From Pelagomonas calceolata (Eukaryota), in the NCBI GenBank assembly GCA_918797485.1, contig CAKKNE010000003.1, positions 5,270,001 through 5,334,000 of the forward strand: DNA of 64,000 nt. The letters run 5' to 3'. Below the pieces are notes generated by a model. The model was not told the origin of the DNA. It saw only the letters and a program-made list of their open reading frames with translations, and searched no databases. Position numbers and translations under genes: made by a program. Below, piece after piece: positions 43,324 to 55,496 of the stretch. Each line of letters starts with the position of its first letter. Position 1 is the stretch's first letter.

Positions 43324-45344
43324 ATGCGGGCGGAGGCGCGCGGCGCCGGCGCCTGGGAAGCCATCCTCTGCCCTCTCACCCTCGTGGGGGTCGTCCTCGC
43401 CGCGTACCGGCCGCTCCTGGACCACGACGGCGGCTGGGGCCTCGCTCAGGAGTGGGACGACCGCAACAACTTCCTGGAGAACGACCTCGTGCGGCGGCCG
43501 CTGAGTCGCGAGACGCTGCGCGGGATGTGGAGCGCGAGGCGCATCAACGTCTTCGAGCCGCTCGGGTGGCTGCTCAAGGCGCGCGCCCGCGCGGCCACCG
43601 GGGGGAGGGGGAGCGGGTCCGGCCAGCGGCGCGCGCGCAGGCCGTCGTCCAGCGGCTGACGGCGCGCCTCGACGAGGCCTCGGGCCTCCTGACGGTCGAC
43701 GGGTGGTACCACCGCGTCGCGACGCTGGCGTTCCACGCGGCCAACGCCGTCGCGCGCGGCGCACGGCGTCTCTCGTCGTCGCCCGCCGCGACGGCGCACG
43801 CGCGCGCGCGCAGGCTCTGGGCGCTCTGCGGCGCGGTCCTGCGCGCCGCCCGCGTCGGCGGCGACGCGCGGACGCGGCACGCGTGCGCGTTCGTCGCCGC
43901 GGCGTGGTGGGCCGCGCACCCGGCGCACGCGGAGGTCGTCGCGTGGGCGTCCGCGCAGCCGTACGCGCCCGCGGCGCTGCTCGTGCTCCTGGCGCTCCGG
44001 AGCCACGTCGCCGTGGTCGAGGCCGACGGCGCGGCTGGTGCCGCGCTCCGCGCCGCCGGGCCCGCGCTCTACCTCGCCGCGACGCTCTGCAAGAGCGTCG
44101 TCGTCCCGGCGCCGGCGGCCGTCGCCGCGCTCGACGCGACGCTGCTCGCGCGCCGCGTCGGGGCGCCGCGCCTGCTGCGGCGCGTCGCCGCGACGACCGC
44201 GCGGGACCTCGCCGGCTACGCGGCGGTCGCCGCGGTCGTCGTCCCCGTCACGCTCCGCGCGAACGCGCTCGGCCACGACCCGGACGCCGACGTTATCGTA
44301 CTACACACCGGCGCGCAGCGCTGCGCCAAGGCGCTCGTCACGATCTGGTTCTGCCTCGGCAAGGCCGCGTACCCGGCGGGCCTGAGCCCGCACTACGCGC
44401 TCCGGGACCTCTACTTCGAGGCGGGCCACGACGACGGCGAGGCGCGCCTCGCGCTCGCGTGCTTCGTCGCCACGACGGCCGGCTGCGCGGCGCTCGCGCT
44501 CGCGGGGCTCGACGGCGGCGCGGCGCTCGCGGCGTGGGTCTACGTCGTGGCCGCGTTCCTGCCGACGTGCGGCCTCGTGCAGCACGGCATGGTCCAGAAG
44601 GGCGGCGACCGCTACCTCTACCTGCCGACGCTCGGCCTCGCGGTGCTCGGCGCGGTGGCGGTGGCGGTGGCGGGCGACCGCGCGCGCGGCGGCTCCGGCT
44701 CCGGCGCCTCGACGAGCGGCGCCGGCGCGACTTCGGCGCCTCCGCCGCCGGCGCCGGTCGCGCCGGTGCCGCCGCGCCGCCGCGCCGCCGCGGCCGCCGC
44801 GGTCGCGGTCGCGGCGGCGGCGCTGGTCGCGGCGCTCGTCGACGCGACGGCGGCGCTCGCGCCGGCGTGGCGCGACGACGTGCCGCTCCTCGAGCGGTGC
44901 CTCCGGGTCGACGCCGACGACTGGCGCTGCCTCGACACGTACGCCGAGTACCTGATGGCGCGCGGCGACCGGGGCGACACGGCGCGCGACCTGATGGCGC
45001 GCGGCCTCGCGGCCGTCGAGCGGCTCGGCGTCCCCGAGAGCCCCAAAACGCTTGTCTTCCGCGGCAAGGCCCTCGTCATGCTCGGCGAGCTCGACGCCGG
45101 CTGCGCGCTCTTCGACCGCTGCGTCGAGCGCTTCCCGCACGCGGGCTTCGCGTGGATCGACGCGGGCATCTGCGCGCTCCGCGACCCGGCGCGGCGCGAG
45201 GCCCAGGAAGCCACGTTCGAGAAGGCGCTCGCCCTCGCGCGGCGGCCCGAGCACGTCGACGCCGCGCGGGCCAACCTCGCCGAATTCCGCCGCTGGCGCG
45301 ACTCGGGCTGGGCGGGCACCTTCGACGGCACGCTCGTCTACTAG
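43324..45344 (+). CDS. TMTC-like (GT105-related) multipass membrane protein with C-terminal TPR repeats
   Basis: WDD..F.EN, FEPL, HPAHAEVVAWASA, DRYLYLP and helical TPR-like tail; GC-AG intron 43579-43640 and a probable in-frame intron ~43754-43813. Confidence 0.8.
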
Positions 45345-45548
45345 GCCCCCATCTTTTGGGCCCCCCCCCCCCCCCCCCGGGGCCGCGTCCTGGATAGGAT
45401 CGACCTTCCGAAGCCGCGCGGCCAAAACTCGGACCGAGCGCTCGACTATCTCTTGAAACGCGGCCGCAGCTGCGAGAGTACTTCCAACGCATACGTTAGA
45501 CACACGCAACCGCGCGCGCGCGCGCGCTGCCCGCCGTCACGCGACGAC

Positions 45549-46127
45549 TCACACCTTGAAGCCCTTCGAGGCGCGGCGGCCGCGCGCCTTCTCGAATTTG
45601 CGGCCCTTGGCCCGGACGTAGGGCTTGGCGCCGCAGTGCGTGTGGACGGACGTCGCCGTCGACTGGTGGCCGAAGTGCTTGTAGACCTCGCGCGCCTTCT
45701 TGGGCCCGCGCAGGAGGACCGTGTTCGAGCCCTTGGGCGCGCGCAGCGCGAGCTGGTCGAACGTGAGGCACTCGCCGCCGGCCTTGACGATCCGCGCGCG
45801 CGCCGTCTCGGTGAAGCGCAGCGCGCAGACGGTGAGCTTGGGCATCTCGAGCAGGCGCGGGTCGTCCGTGACGGTGCCCACCAGCACGGCGACCTTGTCC
45901 TCCTTGCCCTTCATGAACTTTGCCAGGTTGTTCAGCGCGAGCGGCGGCCGGTTCGTCCGCGACATGAACAGCCGCTTCAGGACCACCTTGACGAACTTGG
46001 AGTCCGTCCGGCGGCTCAGGAACCGGTAGAGCTTCACGAGGAGCTTGAGGTACACGTTCTCCGACCGCGTGTCGGTCCGCGCCTTGTGGCCCACGCGCCG
46101 TCCGCCAGCCACAATGTCTATGCCCAT
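45549..46127 (-). CDS. RPL18: 60S ribosomal protein eL18
   Basis: [41 protein letters not shown]. Confidence 0.98.
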   Translation of the reverse strand: MGIDIVAGGRRVGHKARTDTRSENVYLKLLVKLYRFLSRRTDSKFVKVVLKRLFMSRTNRPPLALNNLAKFMKGKEDKVAVLVGTVTDDPRLLEMPKLTVCALRFTETARARIVKAGGECLTFDQLALRAPKGSNTVLLRGPKKAREVYKHFGHQSTATSVHTHCGAKPYVRAKGRKFEKARGRRASKGFKV

Positions 46128-46817
46128 GGTTGATCGCGGTCCTTCCTGCGGTTGACGTTCGACGGTCGGCGGCGGGCGCGGACGCGGCGCGGCGCGGGGG
46201 TGTGTGTGGGTGTCTGGCGCGGCGTCGACGCGCAGCGTGGCGTACAGACCAAGCGGGCGTGGCAGGCCCGCGGCCTCGCACTCTGCTGCCTCTCGCTGTC
46301 GAGCTGCGGTCGTTTGGGTAGCCCGGCGTAAATAAGCAGGCCTTCGCTACGCCGCGTAAGCACAGTGCTAGCGCTTTATTCTGCTCCTGCGGCGTGTCCC
46401 GGTTAGCCCGCGGCGCCCAGGTCGCCAAGGCGATGATAGCTCGCTTCGCCTTTTTTATTTATTATTTTATTCCGAGGCCTCTACACGCGCACGACTCACA
46501 CCTGGGCTGACGGCTCGAGCGGCGCGGCGGAGCCTTCCGGAGCCCGCAGCCGAGCTGCGCAGGTGCACACGTCGCGCTGGCCGCGCCGCGACACCGACCT
46601 CGCGTGCTCGCCGCCCGGTCGCCGCTGTGCTGGCGCGGCCGACCGGATCAGCTGGCAGGAACCGACCTTCGCGGCGAGGCGACCGGTAGGAGTTGGTGCT
46701 GTGCCGCCCCACACTTAGTTGCGCAGACGCCGAGTCCCTTGCGTCCCAGCTCAAGGGCGGCTCCGCCGAGAGCAAGCCGACGCAGACGCACTCCTTCTGC
46801 GGCACAAAGTGTGCGGC

Positions 46818-49800
46818 ATGGCCGGCGCCGGCGCCGCCGCGACGTCGTCGCGCGGCGACGGGTGCCCAGCCAACGCCGATGCCCCCAAAAAGACGAAAAA
46901 GAAAAAGTCCAAGGAAGCGCGCCCCGGCGTCTCGGCGGGACTCGCGCGTAGTAGTCGACGCGGCCGCCTTCCCCTCGCAGTCGCGCGACGGCGCCGCCCT
47001 GCGCAAGCTGGTCAAGGGCCTGATCTTCGGCGCCGCGGACGCGGCGCGCGCGCGGCGCCGTTAATTTCTCGTCCGACCGCGGTTCGTCGCCTCTCACGCG
47101 TCGCGGCGCGCAGGCCGTCGACGAGTCGACGGCGCGAGAGCGGCGGAGGAAGAAGCCGCCGTCGCTGGCGCAGCGCGAGGCCGAGGCCGCGCGCGCGAAA
47201 CGCGAGGCCGCGCGCCGGCGGCGGGTCGAAGCGGAGCGCGCGGGGGCCGCGCCGGCGCCCGCTCCGGCGCGGCCGGCCGCGCCGGCCGCGCCCGCGCCGC
47301 CGGGCTCGCCCGGCGCGAGTGCCGCGCCCGACCGGGCCGCGGGCCCGTCGTCGAAGGGGAAGGCGCCAACGCCGCGGTCGCGCGGCGCGTCGGCGGACTG
47401 GGCCGACGGCGCGAGATACGGCGCGTCGCTCGCGCGCGGCGGCGCCGCGTTACGCCGCCCTCGGCCCTCGACGACGTGCGCCTCCCCGCCGCCGCAGGCC
47501 GAGGCCAGGTCCGGGCGCGCCGCCGCCGCGCCGCCGTCGCCAGCGCCGTCCCCGCTCGCGGTCCTGCGGCGACCCGCCCACCTCAGCGCCGAGGGCGCGT
47601 GGCGGCGGCCCGCCGCGCCGGCGTCGTGGGCGTCGGCCGTCGCCGGCGCGGCGCCGGCGCCGGCCGCGGGGGCGAGAGCGACGCAACCTTCGTGGGCGGC
47701 GCTCGCGCGCGCGCCGCCGCCGCCGCACAAGCCAGCGCCCCAGCAGACGCCCAACGCCTGGACGCAGAAGCCGCGCGGCGCGCTCGCGCGCGGCTTCGCG
47801 GCGCTGCGAGAGAGGAGCGAGGCCGAGGCCGCCGCGGTCGCGCGCGCCGAGGCGGCCGCGTCGGAGACGTCGTGCGCGAGCGCGCCCACCGCCGAGACGC
47901 CGCACGCGCGCTTGGACGACCCGCCGTCCGCCGCGGTCTCGGACGCGTCGGACGCCGCCGGCGCCGACGACGACCGCGCCGCGCTCGCCAAGGCGCCGCG
48001 CGCCGCCGCGTGGGGCGGCGAGCTGCCGGCGAGCCTCCGCCTCGCGCGCGCGCCGCCGCGGGCCGGGGCCGCCGGCGCCCCCGCGCGCGCGGGCGCGGCG
48101 CCGGCGCCGGCCCCGCGGCCGGCGCGGCCGGCGCCGGCGCGGCGCGTCGCGGCCATGTACCACGCGGGCCCCGCGCTGCCCCAGCTCGACGAGGCGGGCG
48201 ACGACCCGCACCGCGCGCCGCGCGAGGCGGCGGACGCCGCCGCGACCGCCGCGCGCCGCGCGGCGGTCGGGCGCGCGACCGAGGCCGAGCGGCGGCGGCG
48301 CATCGCCGAGGACGCCGCGGGCGACGGCCGCGACCCGCGCGCGCGGCGCGACCGCGCGCGCCTGCTCGAGGACGAGTACGCGCGGCGCGCGGCCGAGCAC
48401 GAGCGCCGCGTCCGCGCGCACGAGCGCCGCGTCCGCGCCATGCGCGCGCGCCTCGCGCACGACGTCAACGACTTCGTCGCCTGCCTCGAGCGCGCCATGG
48501 TGCACCAGCGCCGCGCGCGGACGGCCGTGCTCGACTCCGTCTCCGAGACGGCGCGCGGCATCTGGGCGCACGCCGAGTGCTCGCTCTACGGCTCGTGCCT
48601 CACGGGCCTGGACCTGCCCAGCTCCGACGTCGACGTCGTCGTCCGCGGCCTCAACTGCGACCCGACGCCCAACCCGCCCGCGGGCGCGCCCGGCGCGCCG
48701 GCCGCCGCGGACGCCGCGCGCGCGCCGGCCGCAGGCGGCGCCGCCGCGCGGCCGGCGACGCCGCCGGCGACGCCGCCGGCGACGCCGGAGCGCGCGGCGT
48801 CCGCGCCGGCGTCCCCGGCGGCGGCCGACGACCGGCCGCGCGCGCCCAGCCGCCGCGGCGCGGACGCGGCCGGCGGCGGCGGCGGCGGCGGCGGCGGGCC
48901 CGGGTCCGCGCCGGCGTCGCCGCGTCGGTCCCCCGCGCGCCCGGGCCCGTCGCCGCGCCGCGCGCCGGCGGCCGCGCCCGGGCCGCACGCCGGCGTCGTC
49001 CGGTGCGTGCAGACGCTCGCCGCGGCGCTCGGCTCGCAGCCGTGGGTCCGCGAGATCAAGGCCATCGAGACGGCGTCGATTCCCGTGATCAAGCTGCTCG
49101 CCGACCCCGCGGTCCTCGGGTGCCCGCTGCCCGAGTTTCGCCGGACGCGGCCGCGCGCGCGCTCGGAGGACGCCGCGCGCGCGCTCGCCGAGACCGACGC
49201 GCCCGACCTGCCGCCGCCGCCGCCGCCGCCGCAGAGGCCCCGGGCCGCGCCGACCGCCGCCGCCGCGACGCCGCCGTCGTCGACTCCAGCCCCGCCGACG
49301 TGGTGCGGCGCGGTCGGGCGCTGCGACGCGGGCCTGCTCGCGGTCGACATCAGCTTCGAGGCGCCGAACCACGGCGGCCTCGCGTCGTCGCGCTACGCGC
49401 TCGAGGCCATGGGGCGCTGGCCGGAGCTCGCGCCGCTCCTCCTCGTGTTGAAGGAGCTCCTCTGCCAGCGGGGCCTCAACGAGCCCTTCACGGGCGGCCT
49501 GAGCAGCTACTCGCTGCTCCTCCTCGCGATGACGGCGCTGCTCCAGGCCGGCGTCGACCCGCTCGAGGCGCCGCTGCCCCGGCCGCAGCATCACACGCCG
49601 CTCGGCGAGGCCGCGCCCGGCGCCGAACCGCCGGCGGCCCAGCGCGCGCCGCTCGGGCCGCCGACGTCGGTCCGCGAGGCGTGGGCGCGCCTCCGCGACG
49701 ACCCGGCGCGGCGGCGCCGGCCGCTGCGCGACGCCGCCGGCGCCGGCGCGCGGCGGCGGCCGAGCCTCGCCGCGCGAATCAGAGGCGGCGACGCGCTGCT

Positions 49801-50167
49801 GTGGAGCGGCACCGACCAGCGGCGCGCGTTCGAGCGGGACGACGACGCGCTCGGCTACCTCCTGACTTTTTTCCTCGAGTTCTTCGGCCGCCACTTCGAC
49901 CCGCAGCGGCACGCGGTCTCCGTGCTCCGCGGGGACGCGGGAATCATCGCCATGGCCGGCCCCGGCTACACGACCGACCCGCAGTTCGTCGCGCCGCTCA
50001 TCGAGGACCCGCTCGAGTGCACGCGGAACGTCTCGCGGTCGTGCTTCGGCATCGCGCAGATCCAAAACGTCTTCGCCCATTGCCTCTGCATCCTCGAGTC
50101 CAAGGGCGCCGCCGCCGCGATGAGCGACGACTCGTGCAACATCCTGAGCCTCGTCCTTTCCTATTAG
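46818..50167 (+). CDS. Non-canonical poly(A) polymerase / terminal nucleotidyltransferase (Trf4/TENT4-like)
   Basis: YGS..TGLDLPSSDVDVV, ASIPVIKL, RGLNEPFTGGLSSY and IEDPLECTRNVSRSCF; 5' exons inferred through GC-AG introns 46917-46980 and 47041-47113 (less certain). Confidence 0.85.
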
Positions 50168-50360
50168 TAGTTGCTGCGGGCCCGCCGCTTCCAGAGGAGT
50201 AACAAACCGTTAGCCTGCGGGCATCGTCGCTTTATTTACTCATGTACCGAGCTATGTACGCTTCCTGTCACCGTGTCGTGAACCGTCACGCCGGCGGTTG
50301 TTACACATGCTCGCCGCGGACGGATGACACAGAGGCCCACATCACAAGGATGGACTATTA

Positions 50361-50975
50361 CTACACGGCCCCGGCCTCCGTCTTGCGCTTCCTAATGAGG
50401 TGCTGCGTGACGCGCGAGAGCACGGCGACGTAGCCCGTGACCGCGGCGGTGCAGTAGGCGACGCGGAGGTGCGCGGGGACGCAGGCAAACATGAAGCCGT
50501 TCGCGGGGACCCAGAAGGCCCAGAGCACGGGAAGTTGCGTCGCGGCCTCGTCGGCGTAGAGGCGCAGGGCCCGCGCGGGCGACTCGCGCCGGACGAGGGA
50601 GTGCGTGAACAGATAAAAGCAGGGGAAGTAGAAAAGCGGCGATAGCAGGAGGCTGTCGGCGGCGATGGCCGCGGCCACGTTGCGCCACAGCTTCGAGCCG
50701 TCGGCCGCTTCGTGCGGGAACCACCTCGAGAACAGCGTCGCGTAGACGTACAGGTCGATGACGAAAGTGACGAACAGCGTCCACGCAACGTAGGTCAGGG
50801 ATCGGCGCCAGTCGAACGCCGCGAGGCCTTCGGCTTTTTGCGCCATCGCGTCGCCGACGCAGCCGCTCGCGCAGCCCAGGCAGAGCGACGACGCCACCGG
50901 GTTGTCCTCGAGCGCACGGCTCAGCCCCTTGGCTAGCGGTCGCAGCGTCGAGGCGACATGCTTCAGGCCGCCCAT
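50361..50975 (-). CDS. Mpv17/PMP22-family membrane protein
   Basis: NPV..GCVGDAMAQ, FDWRRS, WAFWVPANGFMFACVPAHLRV. Confidence 0.88.
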   Translation of the reverse strand: MGGLKHVASTLRPLAKGLSRALEDNPVASSLCLGCASGCVGDAMAQKAEGLAAFDWRRSLTYVAWTLFVTFVIDLYVYATLFSRWFPHEAADGSKLWRNVAAAIAADSLLLSPLFYFPCFYLFTHSLVRRESPARALRLYADEAATQLPVLWAFWVPANGFMFACVPAHLRVAYCTAAVTGYVAVLSRVTQHLIRKRKTEAGAV

Positions 50976-51088
50976 CGAAGACGAATTTTGTTTTTTGCGC
51001 TGTCTCTGCGCTGTCCTCTGGGTTCCGCTCTGCACGGGTTTTCTAAGGCTTCCATTTGTGTATATTCTTTCCAGCAGCTTTCATGAGT

Positions 51089-51201
51089 GCTCCAATAGCT
51101 CATCGCTGTCGAAGTGCAGCGGGCGCGGTGGCAGAGCACCTTTCCTTTGGAGTGCAACACTAGTAATGAGAAGGTCATGAGTTCAAGTCTCATTTGGAGC
51201 T
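51089..51201 (+). tRNA. tRNA-Thr(AGT) interrupted by two non-canonical introns (51103-51127 and 51142-51157)
   Basis: Acceptor stem GCTCCAA/TTGGAGC, D-stem GCTC/GAGC, anticodon loop CTAGTAA, variable AGGTC, T-arm ATGAG-TTCAAGT-CTCAT, downstream oligo-T. Removing the two inserts gives a 72-nt cloverleaf. Confidence 0.88.
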
Positions 51202-51203
51202 TA

Positions 51204-51220
51204 TTTTTTTGTTTTTTTTT
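51204..51220 (+). terminator. Pol III oligo-T terminator
   Basis: T7-G-T9 run immediately after the tRNA. Confidence 0.8.
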
Positions 51221-51376
51221 GGCTGTGGACCTTATCGAGACCTTTTGGGCGAGAGCGGAGGGTGGCGGTGAGAGGGGGGGGTTACCGTCCGGCAGGCGAC
51301 GGCGCGTTGCACGCCACAGCGGCAGCCAAAACACCGCCAGCGGGGTCGCGCTGCCCCGCCCGCCGCTCGCTCTCCC

Positions 51377-52723
51377 ATGGGGGAGGCGCCCCAGCGCGCC
51401 GCCAAGCCCGCCAAGGCCGCGCGGCGGAAGAAGCGCGCGGCCGAGGAGTGCCTCGTCTTCGAGTGCCTCAAGCCGCGCTACGACGCCTTCAAGAAGGTCG
51501 GCAACGGCAGCTACGGCGTCGTCTGCAGCGCCGTCGACGCGCAGGACGCCGGCGCGCGGCGCGTGGCGATCAAGCGCGTGAGCCCCTGGGCCGACGACTG
51601 CTGGGACGCGCGGCACACGCTCCGCGAGCTGCGGCTCATGCACCTGCTGCGCGGGCACCCGAACGTGATCAGCCTCCACGACGCGGTGCTGCGCCCCGGC
51701 GGCTCCGACGACCTCTTCATCGTCATGGAGCTCATGGACTCGGACCTGCACCGGGTCGTCTCGTCCAAGCAGGCGCGCGGCCCGCGCCGACGTTCGCGGC
51801 ACACGGGGCGCCCGCGCGCGCCGCCGGCAGGGGGCGCGGTCGACGCGCGGCCGCCGCGCAGGTCCTGACGGCCGAGCACGTCTCGTGCATGCTGTGCCAG
51901 ATCCTGCTGGGCGTCCAGGCCCTGCACAGCGTGGGCATCCTGCACCGCGACCTGAAGCCGGGCAACGTCCTGGTCTCGCGCGACTGCCGCGTCCGCATCA
52001 CGGACTTCGGCCTCTCGCGGTGCGTCGCCGGCCTCGCCGCCGACGCCGCGCGCGCGGACGCCGCCGACGACGCCAAGAACCCGCTGACCGAGTACGTCGT
52101 CACGCGCTGGTACCGCTGCCCCGAGGTGCTCCTGGCGCCGCACCTGCCGTACTCGACCGCGGTCGACTGCTGGTCCGTCGGCTGCATCCTCGGCGAGATG
52201 CTGCTGCGGAAGCCGCTGTTCCAGGGCAAGAACTTCGTGCACCAGGTGCAGGTCATCCTGGAGAAGCTCGGCACGCCGACGGACGGCGCGCTCGGCTTCG
52301 AGCCGCGCGAGGACGCCGCGCGCTTCCTGGCCAAGCAGCCGGCGCGCGACGACCCCGGCGTCGCCGCGCTGCTCCCCGACGCGACGCCCCGCCAGCGGGC
52401 GCTGGCGCGGCGCTTCCTCCAGTTCAACCCCGAGGTGCGGTGCACGGTCGAGGCCGCGCTCGCCGACCCGCTCTTCGACGACGCGCCCGAGCTGCCGGCG
52501 CCGTCGCGACCCTACTTCGACGCCGCCGCCGCGCGCGCGGGGACGGCGCCGGCGGCGCTCCGCGACTTTGCGGCGAGCGTCGCGGCGGATCCGTGCTTCG
52601 ACTTCGACTTCGAGCGGAGCGGCACGACGCTGGCCGAGCTCAAGGCCGAGGTCAAGGACCAGATCGCGGCCGCGCGCGCCAAGGCCGCGCGCCAGGCCGC
52701 CGCCGCGGCCGCACCCAGGGCGC

Positions 52724-52757
<34 letters not shown>

Positions 52758-53436
52758 GCCGCGCGCCGCCGAAGCGAAGCAGCCGCTCGCCCCGCGGCCG
52801 GCCGCGGCCATTCGCGCGCGCGATCCCGGCGCGGCGCTCGCGCCCGCGGGGCCGAGCTCGCACGACGTGGCCGCGCGGCCGCTCGCGGCGCTGCCGGACG
52901 ACCCGTCGCGGCGCCTCGCTTCGGCGTCGCTCGGCGACAAGCCCGAGCCCTGGAGCCCCCGCGCGCGCGACCGCGACCGCGATCGGCCGCGCGGCGGCGG
53001 CGGCCGCGTCCTGCCCGCGCGCGCGGACCGGCGCGCGCGCGGGCGCCCGGCCGCCGACCTCCTGTCCGGGCGCCTCGCAAGCGCCCCTGCGCGGCCGGCG
53101 CGCGGTGGGTCGGCCGCGCCGCCCGACGCCGACGCCGCGCGCGCCGACGCGGCCGCGCGCCCGCCCGCGCGGCCTCAACCCGCCCGCGGCGCGCGCGCGC
53201 GCCTCTTCGCGCTGCCGTCCCTGCGCCCCCCGCGCCAGCACCCCGGCCGCGTCCGGCCGCACGGCTCCCCGCCGCGCGGCGGCCGCGCCGCGTCGGCGGG
53301 CGCGGGGGAGGCGTCGCCGCGCCGCGCCGCGCGCCCGGGCCGCGAGAAGCTCCTGCTCGCCAACGTCCCCCGCGCGGGCGACAAGCCGGGCTCCGCCGGG
53401 CTGCTGTCGCGGCTCCGCTCCGTGTCCGCGCGGTAG
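51377..53436 (+). CDS. Mitogen-activated protein kinase (TEY type) with long low-complexity C-terminal tail
   Basis: [29 protein letters not shown] and [18 protein letters not shown] intron 51773-51861. Confidence 0.95.
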
Positions 53437-53889
53437 CCTTGTAGTAGACCCGAGTGCGCTTTAATTAATTTAAGCCCGTCACGGTGGCACTGGCACGCGA
53501 GCTGCACGCGTCCGAGTCGGGGCACGTTCTCGGAGGCTGGGCGAGACGCCGGTCTCTTGACGCGTCTTTGGCGCTGGCCGCGGTCGCGGCGTGCAGGGGA
53601 CTGCTCGGGTGGCGCGGCGGACGACGCTCTAGCGCTGCCTGATGAGCAACGTCGCACCGGACTCGGACCGCGACCGCGCCTAGGAGCGATTTCCGGTTGC
53701 CAATGGTCCGACGACGACTCGGACGACCCCCTACGCCTCGGTTGCTTTTGAAAAGGTGTTGTTTTGAGGCGATTAGAAAGGGCGAACGGGCTTTTCGGGA
53801 ACACATTCCTTCCCCCGAAACGGCACAGGGGCCCCGGATAGGTCCCGGCCGGGTCGGAATCTAGGAGACTCCGGAAGTTACATGCCTCC

Positions 53890-55017
53890 CTAGCTGGCCG
53901 TGTGCATGAGCTTTTTGAATTCCTCGTAAGAAATCGTCTTGGAATGGTCGAGGTCGCCCTCGCCGATGAGCTCCTCGGCCTTCTTCTTCGAACCCGTGAG
54001 CGCGACGAGGTTTTCGACGGATATGTCGCCCGAGTCGTCGACGTCGAGGTGCTCGAAGACCTTGCGGACGTTTTCCTCGCGGAGGTAGAGCTGGCGCTGC
54101 ATCGTGGCGGCGATGAACTCGCGGTAGTCGATCTGCTGGTCGCCCGACACGTCGGCGGCCTCCATGAGCGACTGCGCCGCGTCGCGGTCGCCCGCCTCGA
54201 GGCCGCCGGAGTCGGCGCGGTGCGCGACGTGCGGCTCGAGCGCGCGGCGCAACTCGGCGGTCGAGATCGTGCCCGAGCCGTCGGTGTCGATCTCCCGGAA
54301 GACGTCGCGTAGCTGCGTGAGCTCGGGCCCGCTCAATTCCTGCCTGCGCGGACATGAACAGTTTACGGTCTCTTGCAATGGTCCGCACGGTCTGCTTCGT
54401 AATTGAACGCCACTGGTGACGTAAGAAGATGAAGAGGGCGCCGTGGTCCCTTTGCCGAGAGGGAGAATTTTGAAGGTCGATTTCCACACCGACGCTCGCG
54501 CCAGCACGTTGAGCGGAAATTACACGTTTACGGTTCCCCGATCGCTCGTCGTCTTGATCAGATGTCGTCGACGAGATGCCCACCGCCCTCCGTCCGTGCG
54601 ACGCTCGCGTCGTCCAAACGACCGCGAGACGGCCGAGGCGGAGCGTCGAGTGTACCTCGGGCGCGGTGCCCGCGTCGCTGGTTGACTTTTCCGCGCAGGC
54701 GCCGACGGGTCCGCGCGCGGCGAGCAGCGGCGCACGACGCCGTAATGTCCCTCGCCGAGCACCTTCTTGTCCACGACGAAATCGTCCTTGAGGCGCGACG
54801 ACGGGGCGCGGGCCGCGCGGCTTTGGTTTTTTTTTCGCGGCGTGTCCTTGCGCGCCTTCTCCTTTTCGCGCGTCACGCGCGCGGCCGCCGCGGCCTTGGC
54901 GTCCTCTTGGATGCGGACGCGTCGCGCGGGCGGTCGCGCCTGCGCCGGGCTCCGGGCGGCTCCTCGGTCGCCCGCCGAGAAAACCCCGGTGGCGCCTTTG
55001 AGCCACTCGAGCACCAT
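53890..55017 (-). CDS. CDPK-derived gene lacking almost all of the kinase domain; four EF-hands retained (could be a pseudogene)
   Basis: LGEGHYGVVRRC (subdomain I only), junction remnant LNVLA at ~54500-54515, then QELS..DTDGSGTISTAE, DVSGDQQIDYRE, DVDDSGDISVEN and DLDHSKTISYEE. Confidence 0.7.
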
Positions 55018-55496
55018 GAGGATGACCAGCGAAGCTTTTTCGGGCCGGGCGCCGGCCGCTCGGCTTCGGAAAACTGACCTGTCTTGCTCACACGCGGGCT
55101 TGTCTTCGTAAACCCGTTTTTTTTTTACGGTCCTAGATGGGTGGCCTGGGGAGCGGGAGGGGTACGGGGGACCCTCAGCAACCTATAACTTTATACGTTT
55201 CTAACTAAAGTGGGCGAACGCGCGACAGGAGGACGCTGTTTGGGCTTACCCGTCGAGCACATTTGGCTGCTGAGTAGAGTAAGGCTAAAGATAATTCACT
55301 GGCGACTGAGCCCCGAGCCTCCTGAGCTCGCGGGTTCTACGTCGATAGCGCTATTATATATATATATATCTATATAGATCTCTACATAAGTACTCCTACA
55401 CTTATATACGACGTCGTACAGCAATCTGCTCCCGTCTCGAGCAGGGTGCGTTTTACGACTGGGCGCAGCGAGCGGCCCACACGTCCAGCAAGGTAC

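Noticed and set aside
45357..45378. Poly-C tract; also (CT)n at ~1494 and ~3863 and (TA)n at ~55355
   Set aside because: Simple sequence in introns or spacers with no further structure.
46300..46790. Hairpin plus oligo-T (46427-46456) and structured GC-rich spacer as a possible SRP or other ncRNA
   Set aside because: No SRP helix-8, Sm-site or other family motif could be matched by eye; an Rfam scan would be needed.
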